Assembly: GCA_035499075.1 (NCBI GenBank)
Contig: DATJZN010000024.1
Location: 19,549-83,548 of the forward strand
Source: Myxococcota bacterium
Lineage (GTDB): Bacteria > Myxococcota_A > UBA9160 > SZUA-336
Reading direction: 5' to 3'
DNA length: 64,000 bases
Made by a program: the position numbers and the translations under genes. A model generated the notes under the pieces. That model had not been told where the DNA came from. It saw only the letters and a program-made list of their open reading frames with translations, and ran no database searches. Each line of letters begins with the position of its first letter. Position 1 is the stretch's first letter. Below, piece after piece: positions 29,152 through 38,513 of this stretch.

Positions 29152-29670
29152 ATGCCGGAGAGCATCTTCGACCGCAAATCGCGCGTGCGCCCCCCGCGCG
29201 TCCACATCACCTACGAAGTGGAGACGGGCGGGGCGATGGTCCTGAAGGAGATCCCCTTCGTGATGGGCGTGCTCGCCGATCTGTCGGGCCAGCCGGCCGA
29301 GGCTCTGCCGAAGCTGAAGGACCGCAAGTTCGTCGAGATCGACCGCGACAACTTCGACGACGTGCTGAAGAGCGCGAAGCCGCGGCTCGCGCTGCGCGTC
29401 GACAACACGCTGAAGGGCGACGGCAGCGAGCTCGCGCTGGAGCTGAACTTCCAGAAGCTCGCCGACTTCCGTCCCGAGAACGTGGTGAAGCAGGTCGCGC
29501 CGCTCGCGAAGCTGCAGGAAGTGCGGAACCAGCTGAAGGACCTGCTCGGGCGGCTCGAGGGCAACGATCGCCTCGAAGAGCTGCTCAACGCGATCAGCGA
29601 CAACGCGTCGGTGCGAGACAAGCTGAAGGGCGTGCTCGTCACCGAAGGCGAGAAGGCCGGGGAGAACTAG
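29152..29670 (+). CDS. tssB: T6SS contractile sheath small subunit TssB (VipA)
   Basis: MPESIFDRKSRVRPPRVHITYEVETGG...IPFVMGVLADLSG is the canonical TssB. Confidence 0.9.
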   Translation: MPESIFDRKSRVRPPRVHITYEVETGGAMVLKEIPFVMGVLADLSGQPAEALPKLKDRKFVEIDRDNFDDVLKSAKPRLALRVDNTLKGDGSELALELNFQKLADFRPENVVKQVAPLAKLQEVRNQLKDLLGRLEGNDRLEELLNAISDNASVRDKLKGVLVTEGEKAGEN

Positions 29671-29671
29671 C

Positions 29672-31165
29672 ATGGCTGCGAAGGAAGGCGTGAAGGCGGT
29701 CAAGGTCCAGGAGCTCGAGTCACTCGAGCCCGGAGACCTGCTCGCGCAGATGATCGACACGGGCGTCAGGCCGCGCGACGACGCAGCGCGCGAGCGCGCC
29801 CAGGACCTGATCAAGAACTACGTCGAGCAGCTACTCGATCCGGGCACGGTCGTCGACAAGAACGTGGTGCGCACGATCAACTCGCGCATCGCCGCGATCG
29901 ACGAGGTGCTGTCGAAGCAGGTCGACGCGATCCTGCACCACCCGGATTTCCAGAAGCTCGAGGCCACCTGGCGCGGCCTGCACAAGCTGGTGATGGACAC
30001 CGAGACGTCGGAGACGCTCAAGATCCGCGTCTTCAACTCCAGCAAGCGCGACCTGCAGAAGGACTTCTCCTCCGCGGCGGAGTTCACCGAGAGCGCGCTC
30101 TGGAAGAAGATCTACGAGTACCAGTTCGGGCTGTACGGCGGCGATCCGTTCGGCGCGCTGGTGGGCGACTACGAGTTCGACAAGGGGCCGCTCGACGTCG
30201 CGCTGCTCACGAGCATCTCAGAGGTCGCGGCCGCGTCGCACGCGCCGTTCATCTCGGCGGGCTCGCCCAAGATGTTCGCGATGGACAGCTTCACGCAGAT
30301 GCCCGACCCGCGCGATCTGGCGAAGATCTTCGACAAGACGAACCCCGAGAACACCAAGTGGCTGTCGTTCCGCGACTCGGAGGACTCGCGCTTCGTCACG
30401 CTGGTGCTGCCGCACGTGCTGCGCCGCCTGCCGTACAGCGCCGAGACGAACCCCGTCGAGGAGTTCCACTACGAGGAGGACGTCTCGGAGAAGCACGAGG
30501 ACTACCTGTGGGGCAACGCCGCGTACGAGCTCGCGGGCCGGCTCACGGCCGCATTCGCGAAGTTCCACTGGTGCGTGGCGATCCGCGGCCCCGAGGGCGG
30601 CGGGCTGGTCGAGGGCCTGCCGATCCACGTGTTCAAGTCGCGCGAAGGCGACATCGGGGCGAAGTGCCCGACCGAGGTGCTGATCCCCGACACGCGCGAG
30701 AAGGAGCTCTCCGACCTCGGCTTCATCGGGCTGCTCCACTGCCAGAACACCGACTACGCGGCGTTCTTCGGCGGGAACTCGGTGCAGCGGCCGAAGAAGT
30801 ACGACACCAAGGAGGCGACCGCGAACGCGAAGCTGTCGAGCCAGACGCCGTACTTGATGGCCACGTCGCGCATCGCGCACTACCTGAAGTCGATCTGCCG
30901 CGACAAGATCGGCTCGTTCATGTCGCGCTCGGAGTGCGAGGCGTTCCTGAACCGCTGGCTCACCCAGTACGTGCTGCTGCAGGACGACGCCACGCAGGCC
31001 GCGAAGGCGCAGCGCCCGCTGCGCGAGGCTCGCGTCGACGTGATCGACGACAAGGCGCGGCCGGGCTGTTACAAGGCGATCGCGTACCTGCGGCCGCACT
31101 TCCAGCTCGACGAGCTGGGCATCAGCCTGCGGCTGGTCGCCGATCTACCCGCGCCGGCCAAGTGA
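29672..31165 (+). CDS. tssC: T6SS contractile sheath large subunit TssC (VipB)
   Basis: 497 aa. Carries the characteristic ...GLLHCQNTDYAAFFGGNSVQRP... region. Directly follows tssB. Confidence 0.9.
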   Translation: MAAKEGVKAVKVQELESLEPGDLLAQMIDTGVRPRDDAARERAQDLIKNYVEQLLDPGTVVDKNVVRTINSRIAAIDEVLSKQVDAILHHPDFQKLEATWRGLHKLVMDTETSETLKIRVFNSSKRDLQKDFSSAAEFTESALWKKIYEYQFGLYGGDPFGALVGDYEFDKGPLDVALLTSISEVAAASHAPFISAGSPKMFAMDSFTQMPDPRDLAKIFDKTNPENTKWLSFRDSEDSRFVTLVLPHVLRRLPYSAETNPVEEFHYEEDVSEKHEDYLWGNAAYELAGRLTAAFAKFHWCVAIRGPEGGGLVEGLPIHVFKSREGDIGAKCPTEVLIPDTREKELSDLGFIGLLHCQNTDYAAFFGGNSVQRPKKYDTKEATANAKLSSQTPYLMATSRIAHYLKSICRDKIGSFMSRSECEAFLNRWLTQYVLLQDDATQAAKAQRPLREARVDVIDDKARPGCYKAIAYLRPHFQLDELGISLRLVADLPAPAK

Positions 31166-31209
31166 CTCACTCGAGACTCATTACTCACACAAACTAGGAG
31201 ACGACTCGA

Positions 31210-31701
31210 ATGCCCGCGGATTTCTATCTGAAGCTCGGCGACGTGCAAGGCGACAGCACCGTCAGCGGCCACGAGAAGCAGATCGAGCTCATGAGCGTGA
31301 GCCTCGGCACCTCGATGCCGGTCGGCTCGCGGTCGAGCGGCGGCTCGGCGACGGTCGGCAAGGTCAACATCAGCGACGTGTCGCTCACCAAGCAGACGGA
31401 CTCGTCCTCGACGGCGCTGTTCCTCGCCTCGTGCCAGGGCACGCACTACGACGAGGCGACGATCTCGATCAACCGGCCGGACGGGCAGGGCAACCTGGTC
31501 GAGTACGCGCTCTGGACGCTCAGCGACGTCGTGGTGTCGAGCTACGCGCACTCGGCGGCGGGCAGCGACATGCCGATGGAGTCGATCTCGCTGAACTTCG
31601 GCGCGATCACACTCACCTACACGCCGACGGACCCGGCCACGGGCGCGGCGCAGGGCTCGTTGACCGCGGGCTGGGACGTCGGGCAGAACAAGCCGGCCTG
31701 A
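31210..31701 (+). CDS. hcp: Hcp (TssD) inner-tube protein
   Basis: MPADFYLKLGDVQGDSTVSGHEKQIELMSVSLG is the canonical Hcp N-terminus. 163 aa. Confidence 0.9.
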   Translation: MPADFYLKLGDVQGDSTVSGHEKQIELMSVSLGTSMPVGSRSSGGSATVGKVNISDVSLTKQTDSSSTALFLASCQGTHYDEATISINRPDGQGNLVEYALWTLSDVVVSSYAHSAAGSDMPMESISLNFGAITLTYTPTDPATGAAQGSLTAGWDVGQNKPA

Positions 31702-31704
31702 GCC

Positions 31705-32511
31705 GTGCGAGAGCTCTTCTCGGCGGGACGGCTCGGCGATGCGCTGGCCGCGCAGACGGCGCTCGTCCGCGCGAAGCCGGGCGACGGCGACGCGCGCTTC
31801 GCGCTCGCCGGTCTGCTCTGCTTCGCGGGCGAGCTCGACCGCGCTTCCGCGCAGCTCGACACGCTCGCGCTACAGAGCCCCGAGCTCGCGGTCGGCACCT
31901 CGCACTACCAGAGCCTGATCCACGCCGAGGCCGAGCGGCGCGCGGTGCACGAGCGCGACGGCGAGCCGCTCCTGCCGCCGGACTCGCCGGCGCACGTCGA
32001 GCGGCGCGTCCTCGCGCTCCGCGCGCTGCGCGCCGGCGACGCCGAGGCCGCAGGCCGCGCGCTCGCCGAAGCCGACCAAGCTGCGCCCGCGCTCGAGGGC
32101 AAGCTCGACGGCGAGAGCTTCGACGCGCTCCGCGACTATGACGACCTGCTCGGCCCCGTGCTCGAGGTGTACGCGGGCGGTCGCTACCTGTGGCTGCCGC
32201 TCGAGCGCGTGCGCACGCTCGAGCTCGCGGCGCCCGAGCGCATGCTCGACCTGTTGTGGCCGAGCGCGCGGCTCGAGGAGACCTCGGGCGCCGAGGCCAA
32301 CGTGCACCTGCCCGCGTTGTACGCGGGCTCGCACGCGGCCGACGACGAGCGGCTGCGGCTCGGCCGCATGACCGACTGGCGCGACGCAGGCGGCGCGGCG
32401 TTCCGCGGCGTCGGCCAGAAGGTGCTGCTCGCGCGGCGCGGCGGCGAGGAGCGCGAGCGCGGCCTGCTCGAGATTCGCACGCTCGAGCTCGGCGGCGCGC
32501 GCCGTGGCTAG
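31705..32511 (+). CDS. ImpE-family TPR protein (T6SS accessory)
   Basis: 268 aa. N-terminal TPR-like stretch LGDALAAQTALVRAKPGDGDARFALAGLLCFAGELDRA. Positioned between hcp and tssE, as impE is in imp-type clusters. Confidence 0.6.
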   Translation: MRELFSAGRLGDALAAQTALVRAKPGDGDARFALAGLLCFAGELDRASAQLDTLALQSPELAVGTSHYQSLIHAEAERRAVHERDGEPLLPPDSPAHVERRVLALRALRAGDAEAAGRALAEADQAAPALEGKLDGESFDALRDYDDLLGPVLEVYAGGRYLWLPLERVRTLELAAPERMLDLLWPSARLEETSGAEANVHLPALYAGSHAADDERLRLGRMTDWRDAGGAAFRGVGQKVLLARRGGEERERGLLEIRTLELGGARRG

Positions 32512-32998
32512 GTCGGCGCGCGGCGACGCACCGCTCCGGCCCGGCGTGCTCGACCGCCTGATGCTGCCCGAGGGCGGCGCCGTGCGCGCGCGCCTGCACG
32601 AGGTCGACGGGCGCGACCTGTGCGCAGCGGTCGCGCGCGACCTCGATTGGCTGCTCAACACCAAGCGGTGGCTCCCCGAGGACCTGGCCGACTTCCCCGA
32701 GGCGAATCAGTCGATCCTCACCTACGGGCTCCCCGACCTGTCGACGTTCTCGTGGCGCAACGCCGGCGACTCGAGCGCGATCGCGCGCCTGCTCGAAGAG
32801 ACGATCCGCCGCTTCGAGCCCCGCCTGCGCGAGCGCAGTGTGAAGGTGACTCCTCTCGAGTCGAACGACGTCGACGACTTCCGCCTGCGGTTCCGCATCG
32901 ACGCCACGCTCGAGGTCGACCCCATCGTGTTGCCGGTGTCGTTCGACACGTCGGTCGACTTCGACGCGAGCCGTATCCAGCTGAAGGGCGAGCTGTGA
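32504..32998 (+). CDS. tssE: T6SS baseplate protein TssE (gp25-like)
   Basis: 164 aa. Contains GPW/gp25-like motifs (LLNTKRW...LPDLSTFSWRN...). It precedes tssF. Confidence 0.8.
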   Translation: MARSARGDAPLRPGVLDRLMLPEGGAVRARLHEVDGRDLCAAVARDLDWLLNTKRWLPEDLADFPEANQSILTYGLPDLSTFSWRNAGDSSAIARLLEETIRRFEPRLRERSVKVTPLESNDVDDFRLRFRIDATLEVDPIVLPVSFDTSVDFDASRIQLKGEL

Positions 32999-34836
32999 TG
33001 CGCGACGAGCTCCTGCACTACTACGAGCGCGAGCTGACGTTCGTGCGGAAGCTCGGTGCGGAGTTCGCGGCGAAGTACCCCGAGATCGCGGGCCGGCTGC
33101 AGCTCGAGCCGAGCGGCAGCCCCGATCCGCACGTCGAGCGGCTCATCGAGGCGTTCGCCATGCTGACGGCGCGGATCCAGATGCGCCTCGACGACGACTT
33201 CTCCGAGATCACCGACGCGCTGCTCGGCATCCTCTACCCGCACTATCTCGCGCCGGTGCCGTCGCTCGCCACGGTGCAGCTCGCGATGGATCCCGACGGC
33301 CCGTGCCCGGCCGAGGGCCTGCGCGTGCCGCGGCACGGCACGCTGTACACGCGCGCCGTCGGCGGCGTGCGCTGTCGCTTCCGCACCGCGTACGACGTGG
33401 AGCTGTGGCCCGTCGCGGTGGAGGCGGCGGAGCTCGTGTCGGCCGCGGCGCTCGGCGTGCCCGTGCCGGCCGACGTGCGCTCCGCGCTGCGCATTCGCCT
33501 GCGCGCGCTGGGCGGCCGCACCTTCGCGGAGCTCGCGATCTCGCGCCTGCGCTTCTTCCTCGACGCGCAGCCCGGCGCGGCGCAGCGCCTGTACGAGCTC
33601 TTGCTGCGCGACCCGCGCGGTCTCTTCGTGCAGCCGCGCGCGGGGAAGCCGGGCACGTTGCTCCCGGCCGACGCCGTGCGGCCCGTCGGCTTCGCGCGCG
33701 ACGAGGGACTCCTCGTCTACCCCGAGGAGTCGTTCGTCGGCTACCGGCTGCTCCAGGAGTACTTCGCGTACCCCGAGAAGTTCCAGTACATCGAGCTCGG
33801 CGAGCTCGGACGAGTCGGTTGCGACCGCGACACGGACTCCCTCGAGCTGTCGGTGCTGTTCGCCGAATCGCCCGCGGAGCTGGACGTGCGCGTGGCCCCC
33901 GACGAGCTCAAGCTCGGCTGCACGCCCGTCGTGAACCTGTTCGAGATGAACGTGGACCCGATCCGCGTCACGCAGACGTCGCTCGAGTATCCCGTGATCC
34001 CGGACGTGCGGAGCGCGACGGCGTACGAGGTGTACTCGATCCAGTCGGCCACGAGCGTCGAGCGCGGCACGGGCCGCACGACGCGCTTCGAGCCCATCTA
34101 CACCGTGCGGCACGGCACGGCCGGCGGGAGCGGTGGCGCGTACTGGCACGCGGCGCGGCGCGGCTCGCTGCGCAAGGACGATTCCGGCAGCGACGTGTAC
34201 ATCTCGCTCGTCGACGAGAAGTGGAACCCGCTCATGCCGCCGAGCGACGTGCTCACGCTCGAGGCGCTGTGCACGAACCGCGACCTGCCGGCGCGGCTCG
34301 CCTTCGGCGATCCGCGCGGCGACTTCGAGATCCAGGGCAACCCGGGCGTCGTGCGCGTGACGTCGCTGCGCAATCCGACCGAGCCGCTGCGCGCGCCGGT
34401 CGGGCGCGGCTCGCGCTGGCGCATCGTCTCGCACCTGGCGCTGAACCACCTGTCGCTCGGCGACCCCGGCGAGACGCGCGCCGACGGCAAGGCGCTCGAC
34501 GCGCTGCGCGAGATCCTGCGGCTGTACGACTTCGCCGACTCGGCCGTGACCCGGCAGCGCATCGCGGGGCTGGTCGGCCTGCGCACGCGGCGGATCGTGC
34601 GGCGCGCGGGCATCGGGCCGCGCGCCGGCTTCGCGCGCGGGACCGAAGTCGAGCTCGTCCTCGATCCCGAGCTCTACACCGGCTCGGGCGTGTTCCTGTT
34701 CGCGTCCGTGCTCGAGGCGTTCCTCGGCCTGTACGCGGCCGCGAACTCGTTCACCCAAACCGTTGCGCGCACGCGGCTGCGCGAAGGAGTGCTCAAGCGA
34801 TGGCCCCCGCGGGCGGGCGAGAAGCGGCTTCTCTGA
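32998..34836 (+). CDS. tssF: T6SS baseplate protein TssF
   Basis: Starts MRDELLHYYERELTFVRKLGAEFAAKYPEIAGRL, the canonical TssF N-terminus. The ATG overlaps the tssE stop. The ORF in the track (32620..34836) is over-extended. Confidence 0.85.
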   Translation: MRDELLHYYERELTFVRKLGAEFAAKYPEIAGRLQLEPSGSPDPHVERLIEAFAMLTARIQMRLDDDFSEITDALLGILYPHYLAPVPSLATVQLAMDPDGPCPAEGLRVPRHGTLYTRAVGGVRCRFRTAYDVELWPVAVEAAELVSAAALGVPVPADVRSALRIRLRALGGRTFAELAISRLRFFLDAQPGAAQRLYELLLRDPRGLFVQPRAGKPGTLLPADAVRPVGFARDEGLLVYPEESFVGYRLLQEYFAYPEKFQYIELGELGRVGCDRDTDSLELSVLFAESPAELDVRVAPDELKLGCTPVVNLFEMNVDPIRVTQTSLEYPVIPDVRSATAYEVYSIQSATSVERGTGRTTRFEPIYTVRHGTAGGSGGAYWHAARRGSLRKDDSGSDVYISLVDEKWNPLMPPSDVLTLEALCTNRDLPARLAFGDPRGDFEIQGNPGVVRVTSLRNPTEPLRAPVGRGSRWRIVSHLALNHLSLGDPGETRADGKALDALREILRLYDFADSAVTRQRIAGLVGLRTRRIVRRAGIGPRAGFARGTEVELVLDPELYTGSGVFLFASVLEAFLGLYAAANSFTQTVARTRLREGVLKRWPPRAGEKRLL

Positions 34837-35852
34837 GAGACCAGCTCTTCGAGGAGACCCAGCGCTTCGACTTCGTGCAGGCCGTGCGCGTGCTCGCGCG
34901 GCTGTATCCCGAGCGCGCGCGCCCGGGTGGCGACGCGGCGCCCGCCGACGAGGTCGTGCGCTTCACTTCCGACCTGTCGGCCGTGTTTCCCCGCAGCGAG
35001 GTGCAGGGCGCCCTGCCGGCCGATGACGACGGCCCGGCGCGCTTGATCGTGAACTTCATGGGCGTGGCCACCCCGTCGAGCTTCGGCGCGCTGCCGCGCC
35101 GCTACGCCGAGGAGATCCGCGCGCTCGTGCGCGACAAGAACCCGGCGCTGCGCGACTTCCTCGACCTGTTCAACCACCGGCTGATCTCGCTGTTCCTGCG
35201 CGCGCGCGAACGACACCATCCGGTGTTGCATCTCGAGCACGGGCCCGACAGCGGGTTCGAGCGCGCGCTCGCCGCGCTGCTGGGAATCGCCATGCCGGCG
35301 CTCCGCGCGCGGCTCGCGCTCGACGACCACGCGCTCTTCGCGCGCGCGGGCCTGCTCGCCATGCGGCCGATGCCCGCGGCGGCGCTCGAGTCGCTGGTCG
35401 AGAGCGTGTTCGGCACGCCGGCTTCGGTCGAGCCGTTCCGGCCCGCGACGTGCCGGATCGAGCCCGACGACGCGAACCGCCTGGGCCGCGCGAACGCACG
35501 GCTGGGCGCCGACCTGTTCGTGGGCGAGGAGGTCGTGCTCGTCGAGTCGCGCTTCCGCCTGCGCGTGGGCCCGCTCGACCTGGCGGGCTACGAAGCGCTG
35601 CTCCCCGACCAGCCCGGCCACGCGAAGCTCGTCGACCTGGTGCGCTTCGCGACGCGCGGCGAGCTCGACTTCGAGATCCAGCTCCTGCTCGTGCGCGAGG
35701 CGGCGCCGGCGCTGCGGCTGGGCGCGGGCGGCGACGCGCGCGGCCGGCTCGGCTGGTCGGCCTGGCTCGCGCCCGACGGCGCGGCGGGTGCGCCGCGCGG
35801 CGACGCGGTGTTCGCGCCCACGGATCCCCATGTGATGGAGGCGGCGGCATGA
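34800..35852 (+). CDS. tssG: T6SS baseplate protein TssG
   Basis: Starts ...LRDQLFEETQRFDFVQAVRVLARL, the TssG N-terminal signature. Overlaps the tssF 3' end. Confidence 0.8.
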   Translation: MAPAGGREAASLRDQLFEETQRFDFVQAVRVLARLYPERARPGGDAAPADEVVRFTSDLSAVFPRSEVQGALPADDDGPARLIVNFMGVATPSSFGALPRRYAEEIRALVRDKNPALRDFLDLFNHRLISLFLRARERHHPVLHLEHGPDSGFERALAALLGIAMPALRARLALDDHALFARAGLLAMRPMPAAALESLVESVFGTPASVEPFRPATCRIEPDDANRLGRANARLGADLFVGEEVVLVESRFRLRVGPLDLAGYEALLPDQPGHAKLVDLVRFATRGELDFEIQLLLVREAAPALRLGAGGDARGRLGWSAWLAPDGAAGAPRGDAVFAPTDPHVMEAAA

Positions 35853-38497
35853 CCCTCGACCTGCGCTCACTCATCGGCCGGCTCGACGCCACGTCGCGCC
35901 GCGCGCTCGAAGGCGCCGCGGGGCTGTGTCTGTCGCGGAGTCACTACGAAGTCGAGCTCGAGCACTGGCTCGTGAAGCTCGTCGAGGACTCGACCTCCGA
36001 CGTGCCGCGCATCCTGCGCCACTTCGGCGTCGAGCCGGAGCGCTTCCTGCGCGACTTGAACCGGGCGCTCGACGTCTTCAAGTCGGGCAACAGCCGCCGG
36101 CCCGATCTCTCGCCCACGATCGAAATGCTGGCGCGCGAAGGCTGGGTGCAGTCGTCGATCAACTACGCGCAGGGGCGCGTGCGCTCGGGCGCGCTGTTCC
36201 TCGCCGCGCTGTCGGATCTGCGCCTGCGCCGGCGGCTCGTCGACGTGCACCCCGAGCTGCGCAACGTGAACGCCGAGGCGCTGGCCAACGAGTTCCTGTC
36301 GATCGTGGCGGGCTCCTCGGAGGACGCCGAGGCGAGCGGCCGCGACGCCGACGCGCCGGCGCGCGAGCTCGGGCCCGCGGGCGGCGGGCTCGCGAGCAAG
36401 ACGCCCGCGCTCGACCAGTACACGGTCGACCTCACGGCCGCCGCGCGTGCCGGGAAGATCGATCCCGTGCTCGGCCGCGACCGCGAGATCCGCCAGATCG
36501 TCGACGTGCTGCTGCGCCGCCGGCAGAACAACCCGATCCTCACGGGCGAGGCGGGCGTCGGCAAGACCGCCGTGGTGGAAGGCTTCGCGCTGCGCATCGC
36601 CGCGAAGGACGTGCCGGAGCCGCTCCTCGGCGTGGCGCTGCGCACGCTCGATCTCGGCCTGCTGCAGGCGGGCGCGGGCGTGAAGGGCGAGTTCGAGAAC
36701 CGGCTGAAGCAGGTGATCGAAGAGGTGCAGGCGTCGCCCGTGCCGATCATCCTGTTCATCGACGAGGCCCATACCCTGATCGGTGCCGGCGGCCAGGAGG
36801 GCCAGAACGACGCCGCGAACCTGCTCAAGCCCGCGCTCGCGCGCGGCAAGCTGCGCACGATCGCCGCGACCACGTGGGCCGAGTACAAGAAGTACTTCGA
36901 GAAGGACGCCGCGCTCACGCGCCGTTTCCAGCCGATCAAGGTCGACGAGCCGGGCGAGGGCGCGGCGATCGAGATGATGCGCGGGCTCGTCGGCATGCTC
37001 GAAGCGCATCACCGCGTGCGGATCCTGGACGAAGCGGTCGTCGATTGCGTGCGCCTGTCGAGCCGCTACATCCCGGCGCGGCAGCTGCCGGACAAGTCGG
37101 TGTCGGTGCTCGACACCGCGTGCGCGAAGGTGGCGGTCGGCCAGCAGGCGATCCCCGCCGAGATCGAGGACCTGCGCCGCCGCCTCGAGGCGCTGGAGCG
37201 CGAGACGCGGATCCTCGGCCGCGAGACCGCGACGGGCGGCGACCACGCGGAGCGGCTGGCGGAGGTCGCCGCCGAGCGCGAGCGCGTCGCGACCGAGCTC
37301 GCGGCGCTGGAAGCGCGCTGGGCCGACGAGAAACGGCTCGTGTCGGAGATCCAGTCACTCCGCACGAAGATCGAAGCCGATGCGACGAGCGACTCGCCGG
37401 CCGACACGACCGCCGCGCGCGCCGAGTACGCCGCGAAACGCGCCGAGCTCGAGAAGCTGCAGGGCGAGCTCGGGCTCGTGCTGCCCGAAGTGGGCGGCCA
37501 GGCCGTCGCCGAGGTCATCTCCGCGTGGACCGGCATTCCCGTCGGCAAGATGGTCGCCGACGAGATCCACACGCTCCTGCATCTCGAGAAGCGGCTCGGC
37601 GAGCGCGTGATCGGCCAGGACCACGCGCTCGAAGCGATCGCGCGGCGCATCCGCACCGCGCGCGCGGGGCTCGACAACCCGTCGCGCCCCGTCGGCGTGT
37701 TCCTGCTCGCGGGTCCGAGCGGCGTCGGCAAGACCGAGACCGCGCTCACGCTCGCCGACGCGCTGTACGGCGGCGAGCGCAACTCCGTCATCATCAACAT
37801 GTCGGAGTACCAGGAGTCGCACACCGTCTCGAGCCTGAAGGGCTCGCCGCCGGGCTACGTCGGCTACGGCGAGGGCGGCGTGCTGACGGAGGCCGTGCGC
37901 CGGCGGCCGTACTCGGTCGTGCTGCTCGACGAGGTCGAGAAGGCGCACCCCGACGTGATGGAGCTGTTCTTCCAGGTGTTCGACAAGGGCGTGCTCGAGG
38001 ACGGCGAGGGCCGCGAGGTCGACTTCAAGAACACGGTGATCCTGTTGACCTCGAACGTCGGCTCGGACCTGATCGCGAGCCTGTGCGCCGACCCCGAGAC
38101 GGCGCCCACCGCCGAAGCGCTCGCCGAGTCGATCCGCCCCGAGCTGCGCAAGCACTTCCCGGCGGCGCTGCTCGGCCGGCTGGTCGTGGTGCCGTACTAC
38201 CCGATCTCGACCGAGATGATGCGCGAGATCACGCGGCTCCAGCTCTCGCGCATCCAGGCGCGGGTGCGCGCGAACCACGCCGCGGAGCTCCACTGCGCCG
38301 ACGCGGTGGTCGAAGCCGTGATCGCGCGCTGCCGCGAGGCCGAGAGCGGCGCGCGCGCGGTCGACCGCATCCTGACGCACGCGCTCCTGCCGCAGATCTC
38401 GAACGAGATCCTCGCGCGCATGGCGAACGGCGAGAGCTTCTCGCGCGTCGACGTCGAGCTCGACGCGGCCGGCGAGTTCAGCTTCCGGGTATCCTAG
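35849..38497 (+). CDS. clpV: ClpV (TssH) AAA+ ATPase
   Basis: Starts MTLDLRSLIGRLD with a Clp-N domain. Two Walker A boxes, GEAGVGKTAVVEG and GPSGVGKTETALTLA. 882 aa. Confidence 0.9.
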   Translation: MTLDLRSLIGRLDATSRRALEGAAGLCLSRSHYEVELEHWLVKLVEDSTSDVPRILRHFGVEPERFLRDLNRALDVFKSGNSRRPDLSPTIEMLAREGWVQSSINYAQGRVRSGALFLAALSDLRLRRRLVDVHPELRNVNAEALANEFLSIVAGSSEDAEASGRDADAPARELGPAGGGLASKTPALDQYTVDLTAAARAGKIDPVLGRDREIRQIVDVLLRRRQNNPILTGEAGVGKTAVVEGFALRIAAKDVPEPLLGVALRTLDLGLLQAGAGVKGEFENRLKQVIEEVQASPVPIILFIDEAHTLIGAGGQEGQNDAANLLKPALARGKLRTIAATTWAEYKKYFEKDAALTRRFQPIKVDEPGEGAAIEMMRGLVGMLEAHHRVRILDEAVVDCVRLSSRYIPARQLPDKSVSVLDTACAKVAVGQQAIPAEIEDLRRRLEALERETRILGRETATGGDHAERLAEVAAERERVATELAALEARWADEKRLVSEIQSLRTKIEADATSDSPADTTAARAEYAAKRAELEKLQGELGLVLPEVGGQAVAEVISAWTGIPVGKMVADEIHTLLHLEKRLGERVIGQDHALEAIARRIRTARAGLDNPSRPVGVFLLAGPSGVGKTETALTLADALYGGERNSVIINMSEYQESHTVSSLKGSPPGYVGYGEGGVLTEAVRRRPYSVVLLDEVEKAHPDVMELFFQVFDKGVLEDGEGREVDFKNTVILLTSNVGSDLIASLCADPETAPTAEALAESIRPELRKHFPAALLGRLVVVPYYPISTEMMREITRLQLSRIQARVRANHAAELHCADAVVEAVIARCREAESGARAVDRILTHALLPQISNEILARMANGESFSRVDVELDAAGEFSFRVS

Positions 38498-38513
38498 GCG
38501 CGCGGAGAGGGCG

